Source of the DNA: an uncultured Pseudomonadota bacterium | Lineage (GTDB): Bacteria; Myxococcota_A; UBA796; SXON01 | Length of the DNA: 64,000 nt | Direction of reading: 5' to 3' | NCBI GenBank assembly: GCA_903844155.1 | Contig: CAIMSU010000332.1 | Span: 3,856-67,855 of the forward strand | In this document: piece by piece, positions 1 to 9,095 of the stretch | Layout of the letters: each line of letters begins with the position of its first letter | Position numbering within the stretch: position 1 is the first letter of the stretch | Position numbers and translations under genes: made by a program | Notes under the pieces: generated by a model | Seen by the model: the letters and a program-made list of their open reading frames with translations, nothing else | Database searches by the model: none | Told to the model about the DNA's origin: nothing

Positions 1-23
1 TGGAGCGGTCGGCGCGGGCGGTC

Positions 24-2000
24 GTGCTTGGCGGGTCCCAGACGCTCGGCACCGGCGATGAAGCCCGCCTCTCCGAAGCGCGCGCCGCGCTGGCCCGGGA
101 CCCCGACGCCGCCCGGGTCCTCGCGGAGTCCGTTCTCGAGCACGCCCCCCGTGCCGCCGAGGCCCACGCGGTGCTCTCCGACGCCGCCTTCGGAAAAGAC
201 TGGGCGGCGGCTGAGATCCACGCGCTGCTGGCCCGGCAGCTCGACCCGGATGTTGCCGCCAACCATCTGCGGGTCGCGCGCATCCTGCACGTCGCCTATG
301 GCGGTCGCCGCGACGCCGAGGCCCTCGTTGCGTTGCGGCAGGCTGCGGCCTTGCGTCCGGACGAAGCCGCGATCCTGCTGCAACTCGCGGATCTTGAGGC
401 GTCGCAGGGCCAGTGGGAGCGCGAGCGGGCGGCCCTCAAACGCTGGCTGCAGGTCGCAACCGAGCCGGCGGGTGCCGAGGCCGACGACGTCCGCGAGCGC
501 ATCGCCGCCCTGGACCGCTCGCCCCCCGTGGTCCCCTCCACCGGCGCAAGCCCCGCCCTCCCGGGTATCTCCGACGATGCTGCCGCCGCCTGGCGGATCG
601 CCATTGTCTACCTCGACCGTGGTGATCTCGGCCCCGCGCGGACGGAGCTGGACCGCGCGATGACCCTCGCCCCGCACGTCCCCGCGCTCCTGAACCTCGA
701 CGCCCGGCTGCGTCGCGAGTCCGGCGATGTGCACGGCGCGATCGTCGCCTGGCAACAGAGCCTCCTCATCGACGCGCGACAGGGCGATGTCCAGCTCGCT
801 TTGGGGGAAACGCTGGATGCGCAGGGCGACGGGGAGGGGGCGTTGACGCACTATCGGGCCGCCGCGGACACCGGCGAGGCCGACGCCCACTACTTCCTCG
901 CACGATCGGCGGCGGCGCTTGGCGACTGGCAGACGGTCCAGTCCGAGCTGTCAGCGTTCGCGGGTGCGGGCGGGCGAGCCTCGCTGTACGCGGTCGCGGC
1001 AGAACGGCTCGGGGCGGAGGCGGACCGGCACGTGTGGACCGTGCGTGCGGTCGGGGCGGCGCTGCTTCTCGGCATTCTCGGCTTTCCAACAGCGTTCGTG
1101 GTGTGGCGGCGCGGTGGGGTCGACTTGCGCCACTTCCTGGATCGCTCCCCCGGGGCCTGGCACGACGCCGCGCGGATCCTGGCCGCCATCCGGCACGAGG
1201 TGCTCAAGCACAACACCACCGTGCTCCCCGACCTGGCCAGGGCACTCGACAACGGGGACCGCGCGAGCTGGGACGGCTGGCGACCCGGCGCTGGCGACCT
1301 GCTCACGCGCTTTGACGGCTACGTCGGCGCGCTGGAGTCCCTCGCGGATCAGCACGGGCTGCGGCTCGCCACGCACCGGGACCCGATCCTCGCGCCGATG
1401 CGCGCGTCGTTGAAGGCGCTCGTGCGGGCGGCGAAACGCAACCGGTCGCCCCGACCCGCGGACCTCCGCGTCCACAGCGAGGCCCTGAACGGCAGGGGGT
1501 ACGCCGCGCTTGGCACGCTCGTCACCGAGATCTGCATCCTTCCGGTCACCGTCGCCCTGATCGAGTCGGTCTACGCGCGCGTCTCCGGCGAGCCCGGATT
1601 CCGGGGAGATCGCGTGCCGCTCTCGGTGTCCGGCGTCCCCGGCCAGGTTCGCATGTTTCGCGGCGACCTCGAAGACATCCTCGCCAACCTGTTCCGCAAC
1701 GCGCTCGCAGCCGGCGCCCATCGCGTCGACGTGGTGCTCGGCGAGGACTCCGACCCGATCACCGGCCACTCCTGGTTTGAGCTGCGCGTTGAGGACGACG
1801 CCCCCGGGCAGCTCACGACCGGCATGATCCGCGGTCGCTACATCTCGCGCGGGCTCGGGCTCGCCGTCGACCTTTTGAACCGCCACGGCGGGACGATCCG
1901 GGTCGATCCGGCGCCTGCGGACGGTGACCGGGCCCGGAAGGCGGTCGTGGTGCAGATTCCGGCGGTCGAGGCGGCGAACGTCGAGGTCGAGTGGCGGTGA
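24..2000 (+). CDS. TPR-repeat membrane sensor with C-terminal histidine-kinase-like ATPase (HATPase_c) domain
   Basis: 658-aa ORF with a GTG start. The N-terminal half has TPR-like helical repeats. There is one hydrophobic segment (VGAALLLGILGFPTAFVVW) and a possible H-box (AAIRHEVLKHN). C-terminal N/G-box-like motifs are LFRNALAAG, RVEDDAPG and SRGLGLAV. Confidence 0.72.
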   Translation: MLGGSQTLGTGDEARLSEARAALARDPDAARVLAESVLEHAPRAAEAHAVLSDAAFGKDWAAAEIHALLARQLDPDVAANHLRVARILHVAYGGRRDAEALVALRQAAALRPDEAAILLQLADLEASQGQWERERAALKRWLQVATEPAGAEADDVRERIAALDRSPPVVPSTGASPALPGISDDAAAAWRIAIVYLDRGDLGPARTELDRAMTLAPHVPALLNLDARLRRESGDVHGAIVAWQQSLLIDARQGDVQLALGETLDAQGDGEGALTHYRAAADTGEADAHYFLARSAAALGDWQTVQSELSAFAGAGGRASLYAVAAERLGAEADRHVWTVRAVGAALLLGILGFPTAFVVWRRGGVDLRHFLDRSPGAWHDAARILAAIRHEVLKHNTTVLPDLARALDNGDRASWDGWRPGAGDLLTRFDGYVGALESLADQHGLRLATHRDPILAPMRASLKALVRAAKRNRSPRPADLRVHSEALNGRGYAALGTLVTEICILPVTVALIESVYARVSGEPGFRGDRVPLSVSGVPGQVRMFRGDLEDILANLFRNALAAGAHRVDVVLGEDSDPITGHSWFELRVEDDAPGQLTTGMIRGRYISRGLGLAVDLLNRHGGTIRVDPAPADGDRARKAVVVQIPAVEAANVEVEWR

Positions 2001-2060
2001 GGAGCGCCCAGATCATCTTCACCTGAGTCGGGCGGCACGGTCCGGGTTAGCCCTCCGGGG

Positions 2061-2534
2061 ATGCTCCGCCGCCTCGTCAACCTGCCCTTCGCCGTTGCCG
2101 GAAAAGCTGCGCGCGCGTTCCAGGCCCGCGAGGATGCGCGCACGGCCGCTCAGTATGGGCGCGCCGAAGACCCGGGGATGGTGGCCAACAACACGCACAC
2201 GCTGCCTGCGACCCTGACCCCGCCGGCGGAGGTCCAGATCGCCGCCAGCGCGGTCATCGGCCGCGCGGTGTTCGTGATCGACGTCCGGAACGCCGACGAG
2301 CGCGCGGAGGTGATCCCCGGGTCCCTGCACATGCCGATGCTGGAGACGAACGTGCGCGTGAGCGAGCTGCCGCCCGAGCAACGCGTGGTGGTCGTTTGCT
2401 CAGACGGCACGCGGGCAACCAAGGTGGCGTGCTTCTTCCGGGATCGCGGGATGGAGGACTCCTGGGCGTTGACCGGCGGGATTCCGGCCTGGCGCTCCGC
2501 TGGCGGGCCGTTGGAAGCGGGAGGCGGGCTGTGA
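2061..2534 (+). CDS. Rhodanese-domain sulfurtransferase-like protein
   Basis: Rhodanese-like core: VIDVRNADE...IPGSLHMP...VVVVCSDGTRA (active-site Cys loop)...GGIPAWRSAG. The start may instead be an internal Met (MVANN). Confidence 0.78.
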   Translation: MLRRLVNLPFAVAGKAARAFQAREDARTAAQYGRAEDPGMVANNTHTLPATLTPPAEVQIAASAVIGRAVFVIDVRNADERAEVIPGSLHMPMLETNVRVSELPPEQRVVVVCSDGTRATKVACFFRDRGMEDSWALTGGIPAWRSAGGPLEAGGGL

Positions 2535-3073
2535 ACTGGGCGCCCCCGGTGCTCCGGACCGAGCGGCTGGTGATCCGGCCGTTTCGCGTGGAAGATCTCG
2601 ACTTTGTCCATCGCTACGCCCGCGAGCACGACGCCGGAGCGTACGGCTCGTGGCTAGGTGGGACGACCCCCGGGGATGTCGCCCGGTACCTGGCGGACAC
2701 GATCGCCCGGTATCATCGGCCGCCAAGGTGCGATCTCGGCGTGGCCTTGAACGGGCAGCTCATCGGCGGCGTGGCGTTCCGGCAGGTGTGGATAGCACCG
2801 CTCGCGTTGGAGGTCGGGTGGGTATTACACCCGTCCATCGCCGGAAAGGGCCTCGCGCGCGAGGCGGTCTCGGCGCTGGTGCAGCACCTCACGACCATCG
2901 AGGAGGTCGTCCGACTCGAAGCGCGGGTTAGGACGGTTGACGAGCGGGGTGCCCGGTTGCTCAACGAGCTCGGCTTCAAGCGGGAGGGGACCATGGACTA
3001 CGGAAAGGCAGGCGGCGTCGGCATCTTCGGCCGGGTCCTCGAGCTGGCTGCACCGGTCGAGGCCGCTTCATGA
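2531..3073 (+). CDS. GNAT family N-acetyltransferase (RimJ/RimL-like)
   Basis: The GTG at 2531 overlaps the rhodanese stop (GTGA). The product begins VNWAPPVLRTERLVIRPFRVEDLDFVHRY, a typical RimJ/RimL-type N-terminus. An acetyl-CoA-binding-like segment follows (GWVLHPSIAGKGLAREAV). The ORF-track start at 2396 is probably too far upstream. Confidence 0.8.
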   Translation: MNWAPPVLRTERLVIRPFRVEDLDFVHRYAREHDAGAYGSWLGGTTPGDVARYLADTIARYHRPPRCDLGVALNGQLIGGVAFRQVWIAPLALEVGWVLHPSIAGKGLAREAVSALVQHLTTIEEVVRLEARVRTVDERGARLLNELGFKREGTMDYGKAGGVGIFGRVLELAAPVEAAS

Positions 3074-3723
3074 AACCCTCTTCCGGCTGGCCGCCCGACG
3101 CATCCGGCCTCCAGCCTGCAGCCTCCAGCCTCCTCCGCTGGACCGCCCTCGGCGCGCTCTTTGTCGCCGCGATCCTCGGCTGTGGCACTCAGGGCGAGCT
3201 CTACAAGCAGCAGGCCGTCAAGCTGGCCGACCAGGTCGAGCGCAAGGCGACGACGCCTGCCATGCCGTGCGGGGCGGTCGTTCGCGACACGCCGCCGGGC
3301 GAGTGCGTCACGTCGGACCTGAAGTGCGGCGACACCGTCGAGGGCACCACGCTTGGCGGTCACCACGACTGGGATCTTGAGTTCTATCGCTCCAAATTCT
3401 GTACTCCCTCTGGCGACTACTCGGCACCCGAGCGCGTCTATACGTTGAACGTCCCGAAGTACACCGCCGCGACCGTGGAGCTGCAGTCCGACTGCGTCGA
3501 CCTCGATCTCTTCGCGCTGTCGTACACCTACACGGGCGGGGCGTGCCCGGACATCGAGCACTCGGTCCCCAACTGCTCGGCGAACATCGATGTTGGCGGC
3601 GGGGAGTTGGAGCTACAGAGCTTCCAGGACCCGGGCGTGTACCTGTTGAGCGTGGACGGCAAGGCCGGCGCCGTCGGCACGTTCCGGCTCACGGTGCGGT
3701 GCGAGGACATCATCCGGCGCTAG
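3070..3723 (+). CDS. Lipoprotein with pre-peptidase C-terminal (PPC)-like beta domain
   Basis: ATGA overlap with the upstream stop. Lipobox AAILGC. The Cys-containing C-terminal segment (CGDTVEGTT...YLLSVDGKAGAVGTFRLTV) resembles a PPC or bacterial pre-peptidase domain. Confidence 0.62.
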   Translation: MKPSSGWPPDASGLQPAASSLLRWTALGALFVAAILGCGTQGELYKQQAVKLADQVERKATTPAMPCGAVVRDTPPGECVTSDLKCGDTVEGTTLGGHHDWDLEFYRSKFCTPSGDYSAPERVYTLNVPKYTAATVELQSDCVDLDLFALSYTYTGGACPDIEHSVPNCSANIDVGGGELELQSFQDPGVYLLSVDGKAGAVGTFRLTVRCEDIIRR

Positions 3724-5693
3724 GGCGTAGGCGTGCGTTCGGTGATGTCGTACACGTCGACGTTCCCGTAGCTGACGGGCGCGCCCCAGGGCTTCAGCAG
3801 CGCAGCGACAGCCTGGTACTCGGACGGGTTGCCGAAGGCGGCGCGGTCGACGAGGATGTGTGAAAATCCCGCTTCGCCGAGCGTGATGCGGTCGGCCTCG
3901 ATCGCCGAGGGGTCGGAAACCTGGACCGTGATGCGGCCGTGGGGCTTCTCGGCGGCGAGCAGGGCGGCGGTGTAGTTGTTCTCGCGCAAGTAGTGCGCGG
4001 GAAAGCCGAGGACTTCGTCGGGGATGGCCTGGCCGTGGACGAGCTGGTCGTAGAAGTGCACGCGCTGGAAACGCTCGGAGGCCTGGGCGAAATAGGGCAA
4101 TTCGAGGACGGCGCCGGCGCGGTCTTTGAGCGACAGGGCAGCGGGCGATGGCGCGAGGGAGGCGGTCGGGAGAGGGATGGGCACCGGCGAGACGACGACG
4201 AGCTCGACGAGCCAGGCCAGCGTGGCGAGCGCTGGGAGGAGTCGCGCCGATCCGCTCCGGCGCTCGACCGTCGCGAGTCCTTGCGCGGCGGCGATCGTGA
4301 GCGCGACGGTGGCCGGCAGCGCGTAGCGGAAGGGCTCCAAAAGCAGCTTCGTACCGGGCCAGTACGACCAGAGCAGCAGCCAGACGAGGTTGTCGGGGGC
4401 GGTCGAGGCGAGCGTGGCGGTGATGGGGCGGTACGGGCCGAGCGACGCGACCGCACAAAAGACGGCGGCGAGGCTCCACGCCAGCGTCTTTCGACGTCGA
4501 CCGGCCAGGACCAGACCGGCCAGCGCGGGGGGGTAGAGGCACAACCCGGGCGAGAAAGCCCGGTAGTACCGGCTCCCCGCCTCCCGTTCGATCAGCCGCG
4601 CCTTCCCGACGCCGACATAATCATCGAGGAACGCCGTGTAACGGTCCGGATGCGCGGGCAACAGGAACGGGAACGGCGGGGCATGACGGGTCTCCTCGAC
4701 CGACGCCGTCGACATCTGGCTGGATGACGCCGACATGATCCGCTGCATCTGCCAGGCGTAGGGCCCGGCGACGAGGGCAGCCCCAAGCACGACGCCGGCG
4801 AGGGACGTGAACCGGGCCGAGCGCGCCGGCACGAACGTCCCCGAGAGCACGAACGGAAGGAGCGGGATGGCGAGGATCGAGAACACCAGTGCGTTGTAGG
4901 GGCACGTCACAAACCCGAGCCCCGCACACACGCCCGCGAGCACGCCGGCGGTGATCCCGCTGAACCGCGACGGCGCCAGCAGGAACCGCAACGCCAGGAT
5001 CCACGGCCAGACGTTGAGCATGTCGCTGACCGCGCCGACCACGCAATAAACGAGGATCAGCGGCGTCAACCCAAATGCGACCGCCCCGAACACCGAAGCC
5101 CCGCGCGAGCGCGTCAGCCCGCGCAGCAGCGCCCGCATCGCCAGCATGTTCGCCAGCAGTTGCCCGTACACCAGCCCGTTCCAGGCCCACGCGCGCCCGA
5201 GCACCGGGCGAAGCACGCCCGTCACCAGCACTCCGACCGGGTCGGGATCGTTCAGGCTCCCCGGGTGTGGCCAGCCGACGGTGTCGACGAACCCGCCAAA
5301 GAGCCGGTGGCCCGTCAGGAATGTCTCAAAGCCCCAGAGCTTGACCGGCAGCTCGGACTCGGGATCGGCCAGGTAGCCGGTCGGCGTGTGGACGAGCGAC
5401 AAGAACGGCAACGCAGCCACAAACGCCAGGATCAGCAGATCCCCCCGATGTCGGGGCAACTCCACGCGCCCGTCCACGTCGTCCCGGGCGGGCGGCGCCA
5501 TCAACGGCCCCTTCGGTCCGGTGATGGCTGTTTGTAGCCTGTCGCGCCATGTTTTCAGGCCATCCGGTGTGGTCGTGCCATCGCTTGACGTGTCCACACC
5601 TGCGCGGGAGTCAGCGGGCGCGACCGCCGCTGACCGCGTCGAAGGCACGCTTCGTGCGGGGCACGAAGTCGCGCCTCCTCCTTGGCCAGGCAC
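3720..5693 (-). CDS. Polytopic integral membrane protein with large C-terminal soluble domain (possible GT-C-type glycosyltransferase)
   Basis: More than 10 hydrophobic segments followed by a soluble domain of about 170 aa. The true start may be the internal Met at 5501 (MAPPARDD...). Function was not recognised with confidence. Confidence 0.65.
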   Translation of the reverse strand: MPGQGGGATSCPARSVPSTRSAAVAPADSRAGVDTSSDGTTTPDGLKTWRDRLQTAITGPKGPLMAPPARDDVDGRVELPRHRGDLLILAFVAALPFLSLVHTPTGYLADPESELPVKLWGFETFLTGHRLFGGFVDTVGWPHPGSLNDPDPVGVLVTGVLRPVLGRAWAWNGLVYGQLLANMLAMRALLRGLTRSRGASVFGAVAFGLTPLILVYCVVGAVSDMLNVWPWILALRFLLAPSRFSGITAGVLAGVCAGLGFVTCPYNALVFSILAIPLLPFVLSGTFVPARSARFTSLAGVVLGAALVAGPYAWQMQRIMSASSSQMSTASVEETRHAPPFPFLLPAHPDRYTAFLDDYVGVGKARLIEREAGSRYYRAFSPGLCLYPPALAGLVLAGRRRKTLAWSLAAVFCAVASLGPYRPITATLASTAPDNLVWLLLWSYWPGTKLLLEPFRYALPATVALTIAAAQGLATVERRSGSARLLPALATLAWLVELVVVSPVPIPLPTASLAPSPAALSLKDRAGAVLELPYFAQASERFQRVHFYDQLVHGQAIPDEVLGFPAHYLRENNYTAALLAAEKPHGRITVQVSDPSAIEADRITLGEAGFSHILVDRAAFGNPSEYQAVAALLKPWGAPVSYGNVDVYDITERTPTP

Positions 5694-5696
5694 CGC

Positions 5697-7607
5697 CTAC
5701 TCCGCGCGCCCCGTGTAGATGTAGAGCACGGGCCCATCAGCGGTCTGCGCAGAGGCGCCAAAGTCGCCGTGGCTGTCCTGGTTCACGTCGCCGAGGCCGA
5801 CGAGCAGGGACGCAAAGCTACGGGTGGCGGAATCGGGTGTCAGCAGCGGGCAATTCGCCCAGTTGGGGTCCATCGTGGCCAGCGGCCCCAGGAAGATCGC
5901 CATCTCGCCGCCCGTGCCGCTGTCCGGGTCCGAGCCCGAGAGGACCAGATCGGGGATGGTGTCGCCGTTCACGTCGCCGGGGAGGGCGACGCCCAGCGCG
6001 TGGTACTCGTTGCCAGGCCCACCGGAGAGCGTGAGCTGGGCGACGGCGTTGGGGCTGTAGAGGCCGGTCCGCAGCGTTGTCCCGTTGAAGATCCACGCGC
6101 GACCGTCCGGCGAGCTCGGGTCCTTCGCGCCCTTGCCGGCCACGACCAGCTCGTTCACGCCGTCCTCGTCGAGATCGCCGACCGCCATGCTCGACCCGAA
6201 GGCCTGTCCGGCGTCGTCGGCCTCGATCTTCGCCCACGCGTCGCTGACGGTGGAGTGACCGGGGCCGCCGAGGAAGATGTCGACCTCACCCCGGTCGCTG
6301 CCCACGCTGGGGCTGCCGAGCGCAAAATCGTCGAGACCGTCGCCGTCGACGTCCCCGAGCGATGCGATGGTCGCGCCGATCGCCGAGTCGCCGGTGATTC
6401 GCTCGTAGGGACCGTCGACCCACGCTTCCCAGTCCGCCCCCGAGTAGACGTACACCGCGCCCGTGACGTCGCTCCCGCTTGCCTCCGACGGCGCGGAGAC
6501 GAGGATGTCGGCCACACCGTCGCCATCGACGTCGCCCGCGCCTGCCAGCGCCGTGCCGAAGCCGCCGGTCGTCGGGCCCTGGATCGTGGCGTCCGGCTTG
6601 GACGCGTCCCAGGCATTCAGGCGTTCGCCAAGGAAAAGCTCGACCTGACCCGCAGCCGGGGCACCGATGATGACGTCGCTGGTCCCGGACGCGTTCACAT
6701 CGCCGGCCGCAGCGCAGGAACTGCCGAACCCGGCCGTTCCCGTGGTCCAGTCCAGCTCCCGGTACGCGTCTGCGTGCGTGAGCGTGCCCTCGATCGGGCC
6801 CTTGTACATGTACGCGGCGTCGGTCGCGCCGCTGTCCCCGAGCGCGGCATCGCCCACGAGGATGTCGTTGGCGCCGTCGTAGTCGATGTCGCCGAGCGGG
6901 CACAGGGAGGTGGGGAAGTTCGCGCCGTGGTTGCCCGTGATCGTCGCGCCGGCCACGTCCGTGCCGCTGGTCGCGGGCCAGATGTAGGTGCCGCCGGAGC
7001 AGTCCTGATCGATGCCGTCTCCAGCCGGGTCCGTGGCGTGTGGGTGCACGCTCGAACGGCTGTCGTCGCAGTCGCCATTCTTCGAAACCCAGCCGGCCGG
7101 CCCGGTGCAGAGGGACTGCGTCACCCCGTCACTGCCGTAGCCATCGCCGTCGTAGTCCGCGTACCAGGTCGTCGCGTCGACGGCGTTGTTGTCGTAGATG
7201 CCGTCGCAATTGTTGTCGATGTCGTCGCAGTACTCGTCGGCACCCGGGTGCGTGTCCGGGTTGGAGTCGTCGCAGTCGCCGCCGATGCTGACCATGCCGA
7301 TGATCGGGATGCAGCTCCCGACGGCCGTCGCGTCGTCGCCGTAGGTGTCCCCGTCCGCGTCCGTGTAGTAGAGCGGGCTCGCCGGGTTTTCGTCGACGAC
7401 GCCGTTGCAGTTGTTGTCCAGCCCATCGCAGAGCTCGGCGGCACCGGGGTGGACGGTGGCGTTCGTGTCGTCGCAGTCGCCGGTGGCCACGCTGTAGCCG
7501 TCGTGGTCGGCGTCCGAGAAGTCCTGCGGGCTCAACTTCACCGTCTGCGCGCAGCCGACCAGCGCGAGTGCGAGCACCCCGGAGGCGATCGGCGCGAGGC
7601 TACTCAC
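5697..7607 (-). CDS. Lipoprotein with MopE-like Cys-rich metal-binding repeats and FG-GAP/VCBS (integrin-alpha-like) repeats
   Basis: GTG start, lipobox LALVGC. At least 4 repeats of the pattern DCDD.N..VHPGA.E.CDG.DNNC.G..D. These are followed by repeated GDVNGDG/GDVDGDG FG-GAP-like blades. Confidence 0.85.
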   Translation of the reverse strand: MSSLAPIASGVLALALVGCAQTVKLSPQDFSDADHDGYSVATGDCDDTNATVHPGAAELCDGLDNNCNGVVDENPASPLYYTDADGDTYGDDATAVGSCIPIIGMVSIGGDCDDSNPDTHPGADEYCDDIDNNCDGIYDNNAVDATTWYADYDGDGYGSDGVTQSLCTGPAGWVSKNGDCDDSRSSVHPHATDPAGDGIDQDCSGGTYIWPATSGTDVAGATITGNHGANFPTSLCPLGDIDYDGANDILVGDAALGDSGATDAAYMYKGPIEGTLTHADAYRELDWTTGTAGFGSSCAAAGDVNASGTSDVIIGAPAAGQVELFLGERLNAWDASKPDATIQGPTTGGFGTALAGAGDVDGDGVADILVSAPSEASGSDVTGAVYVYSGADWEAWVDGPYERITGDSAIGATIASLGDVDGDGLDDFALGSPSVGSDRGEVDIFLGGPGHSTVSDAWAKIEADDAGQAFGSSMAVGDLDEDGVNELVVAGKGAKDPSSPDGRAWIFNGTTLRTGLYSPNAVAQLTLSGGPGNEYHALGVALPGDVNGDTIPDLVLSGSDPDSGTGGEMAIFLGPLATMDPNWANCPLLTPDSATRSFASLLVGLGDVNQDSHGDFGASAQTADGPVLYIYTGRAE

Positions 7608-8568
7608 CCTGCCAGCCGACGACGAGCTGCTTCGGGTTCAGGAACGCGGAGACCACGATGCGCTGCGCGAGATCGACCCAGAGCAGGTACTCGCCCTTGT
7701 CCGTCACCGCGTGCGCGGCTGCGAGCTGGCGCGGGGCTGAGTGATGAAGATGGTAGAGGACGACCGAGGCGCCGACCGCCGCTTCGATCTGGTGCGTCGC
7801 GAGGAAACGGGCGCGGTGGGAGCGCCAGAGCGCGCTCATCGTCTTGCGATCCTCCGCGAACATCGCGTTGGCGACGTACACGTGCGCGCCCGGCAGCCCG
7901 GTGCCGAGGACCGCTTGAACGACGTCGCCGAGCTGATCGTCGGAGATGGCCTCCGCGACTCCCGCCGGCAGTGGCGTGGCAGCGGGCGCAGCGGGCGTTG
8001 CGATGGGGGCAGGTGGCGCAACGACCGGGGCCGGGGCTGCCGGAGCTGCCCTGGCGACCGTGGGCGCTGCGGGCGGGGGCGAGAACGCCGGCGCTGCGGG
8101 CACCAGGGCGGAGGGCGGCGCCGCTGCGGCTGCGGCCTCCTGCTTGCGAGCCAGCTCCATCGCCTCCAACGCCGAGAGCTTTCGGGTTGGTGGCGGGGCG
8201 GCGGAGAGCCCACGGGGTGCTGGCCTGGCCTCCACCCGGGGCTCCGGCTTGGGCTCGGCCTTCGGCTTTGGCGCCTCGGCCTTCGCGGGCGGCGGCGTTC
8301 CGGCCTTGGCCACGGCTGCTTTTGCCAGCATCTTCGCCAACTGCCGCGGGTCCGGGCCGGCGGTGGGCGAGGGCGGGAGGATGGGGCCCGGCATCGGGCG
8401 GCTGACCGGCTTGAGCGTTCGCACATGCGCGGGCTCAGGGGTGTCGCTCGCCTCGTTGGTGGGCTCGGGGATGGCGGCCTGGCCAAAAAGGCTGGAGAGA
8501 GGGTCCTTCTTCGGGCTGTTTGGGGTGGACACGAAGGCCTCGGGGATGGGTTCTGGTAACCGGGTCAT
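7600..8568 (-). CDS. Hypothetical protein with long Pro/Ala-rich linker and conserved-looking C-terminal domain
   Basis: High GC3 in this frame. The ATG at 8568 (MTRLPEPIPEAF) is preferred over the TTG at 8598. The Ala/Pro-rich stretch spans about 8000-8350. No family was recognised for the C-terminal domain of about 110 aa. Confidence 0.58.
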   Translation of the reverse strand: MTRLPEPIPEAFVSTPNSPKKDPLSSLFGQAAIPEPTNEASDTPEPAHVRTLKPVSRPMPGPILPPSPTAGPDPRQLAKMLAKAAVAKAGTPPPAKAEAPKPKAEPKPEPRVEARPAPRGLSAAPPPTRKLSALEAMELARKQEAAAAAAPPSALVPAAPAFSPPPAAPTVARAAPAAPAPVVAPPAPIATPAAPAATPLPAGVAEAISDDQLGDVVQAVLGTGLPGAHVYVANAMFAEDRKTMSALWRSHRARFLATHQIEAAVGASVVLYHLHHSAPRQLAAAHAVTDKGEYLLWVDLAQRIVVSAFLNPKQLVVGWQGE

Positions 8569-8619
8569 TGTGCGCCAGCCGGGGCGGCGGCGCGTCAAAC
8601 AAGCGTCAGAAAACGGAGC

Positions 8620-9093
8620 TTATCGCAGATGGCGGGCGAGGATCGGTGCCCATCGCCCGGTCGCGGCGAGCGCGAGGGGGGCCAGGCGTTGTTGCGCGGT
8701 CGCGTCGGACCGGGTCCCGTCAAGCACGGCGACGGCGAGGCCGCCGCGGTCGTCGTCGGAGAACCACGGCCCTACCCAGTCCGCAAAACGGGCGTCGTTC
8801 GCATACAGTTCGCCGAGGCAGGTCGCCGCGCGCATCGGAACCCAGGACGGGGCGATGTCGGCCTCGGCGATGGCGTCGAGCTTGGCGGCAAGGTCGGGGT
8901 CGGAGGGCAACGACCCGCAACTCACGGCGTCGCGCGAGCGGAATGCCGTGATGACCGGGTCCGTGTTCGTGAGGACGACTCCGTTGGCGGCCGTGATGGT
9001 GTCCGGCGCGGCGACGGGTGGACCGGCCAGCGCTGTGGGGGGCGAGGCCAGGAGGGTGGCGAAGACGAGACCGGAGGAGAGGAGGGTTCGCAT
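8620..9093 (-). CDS. Secreted hypothetical protein
   Basis: Signal-peptide-like N-terminus (MRTLLSSGLVFATLLASPPTALAG). Coding-like GC3. No family recognised. Confidence 0.58.
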   Translation of the reverse strand: MRTLLSSGLVFATLLASPPTALAGPPVAAPDTITAANGVVLTNTDPVITAFRSRDAVSCGSLPSDPDLAAKLDAIAEADIAPSWVPMRAATCLGELYANDARFADWVGPWFSDDDRGGLAVAVLDGTRSDATAQQRLAPLALAATGRWAPILARHLR

Positions 9094-9095
9094 GG

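Noticed and set aside
5682-8405. 907-aa plus-strand ORF
   Set aside because: It is antisense to the FG-GAP lipoprotein and the Pro/Ala-rich gene. The translation is Arg/Ala/Gly/Val-rich low complexity, typical of shadow ORFs in high-GC DNA, while the minus-strand frames carry recognisable domains.
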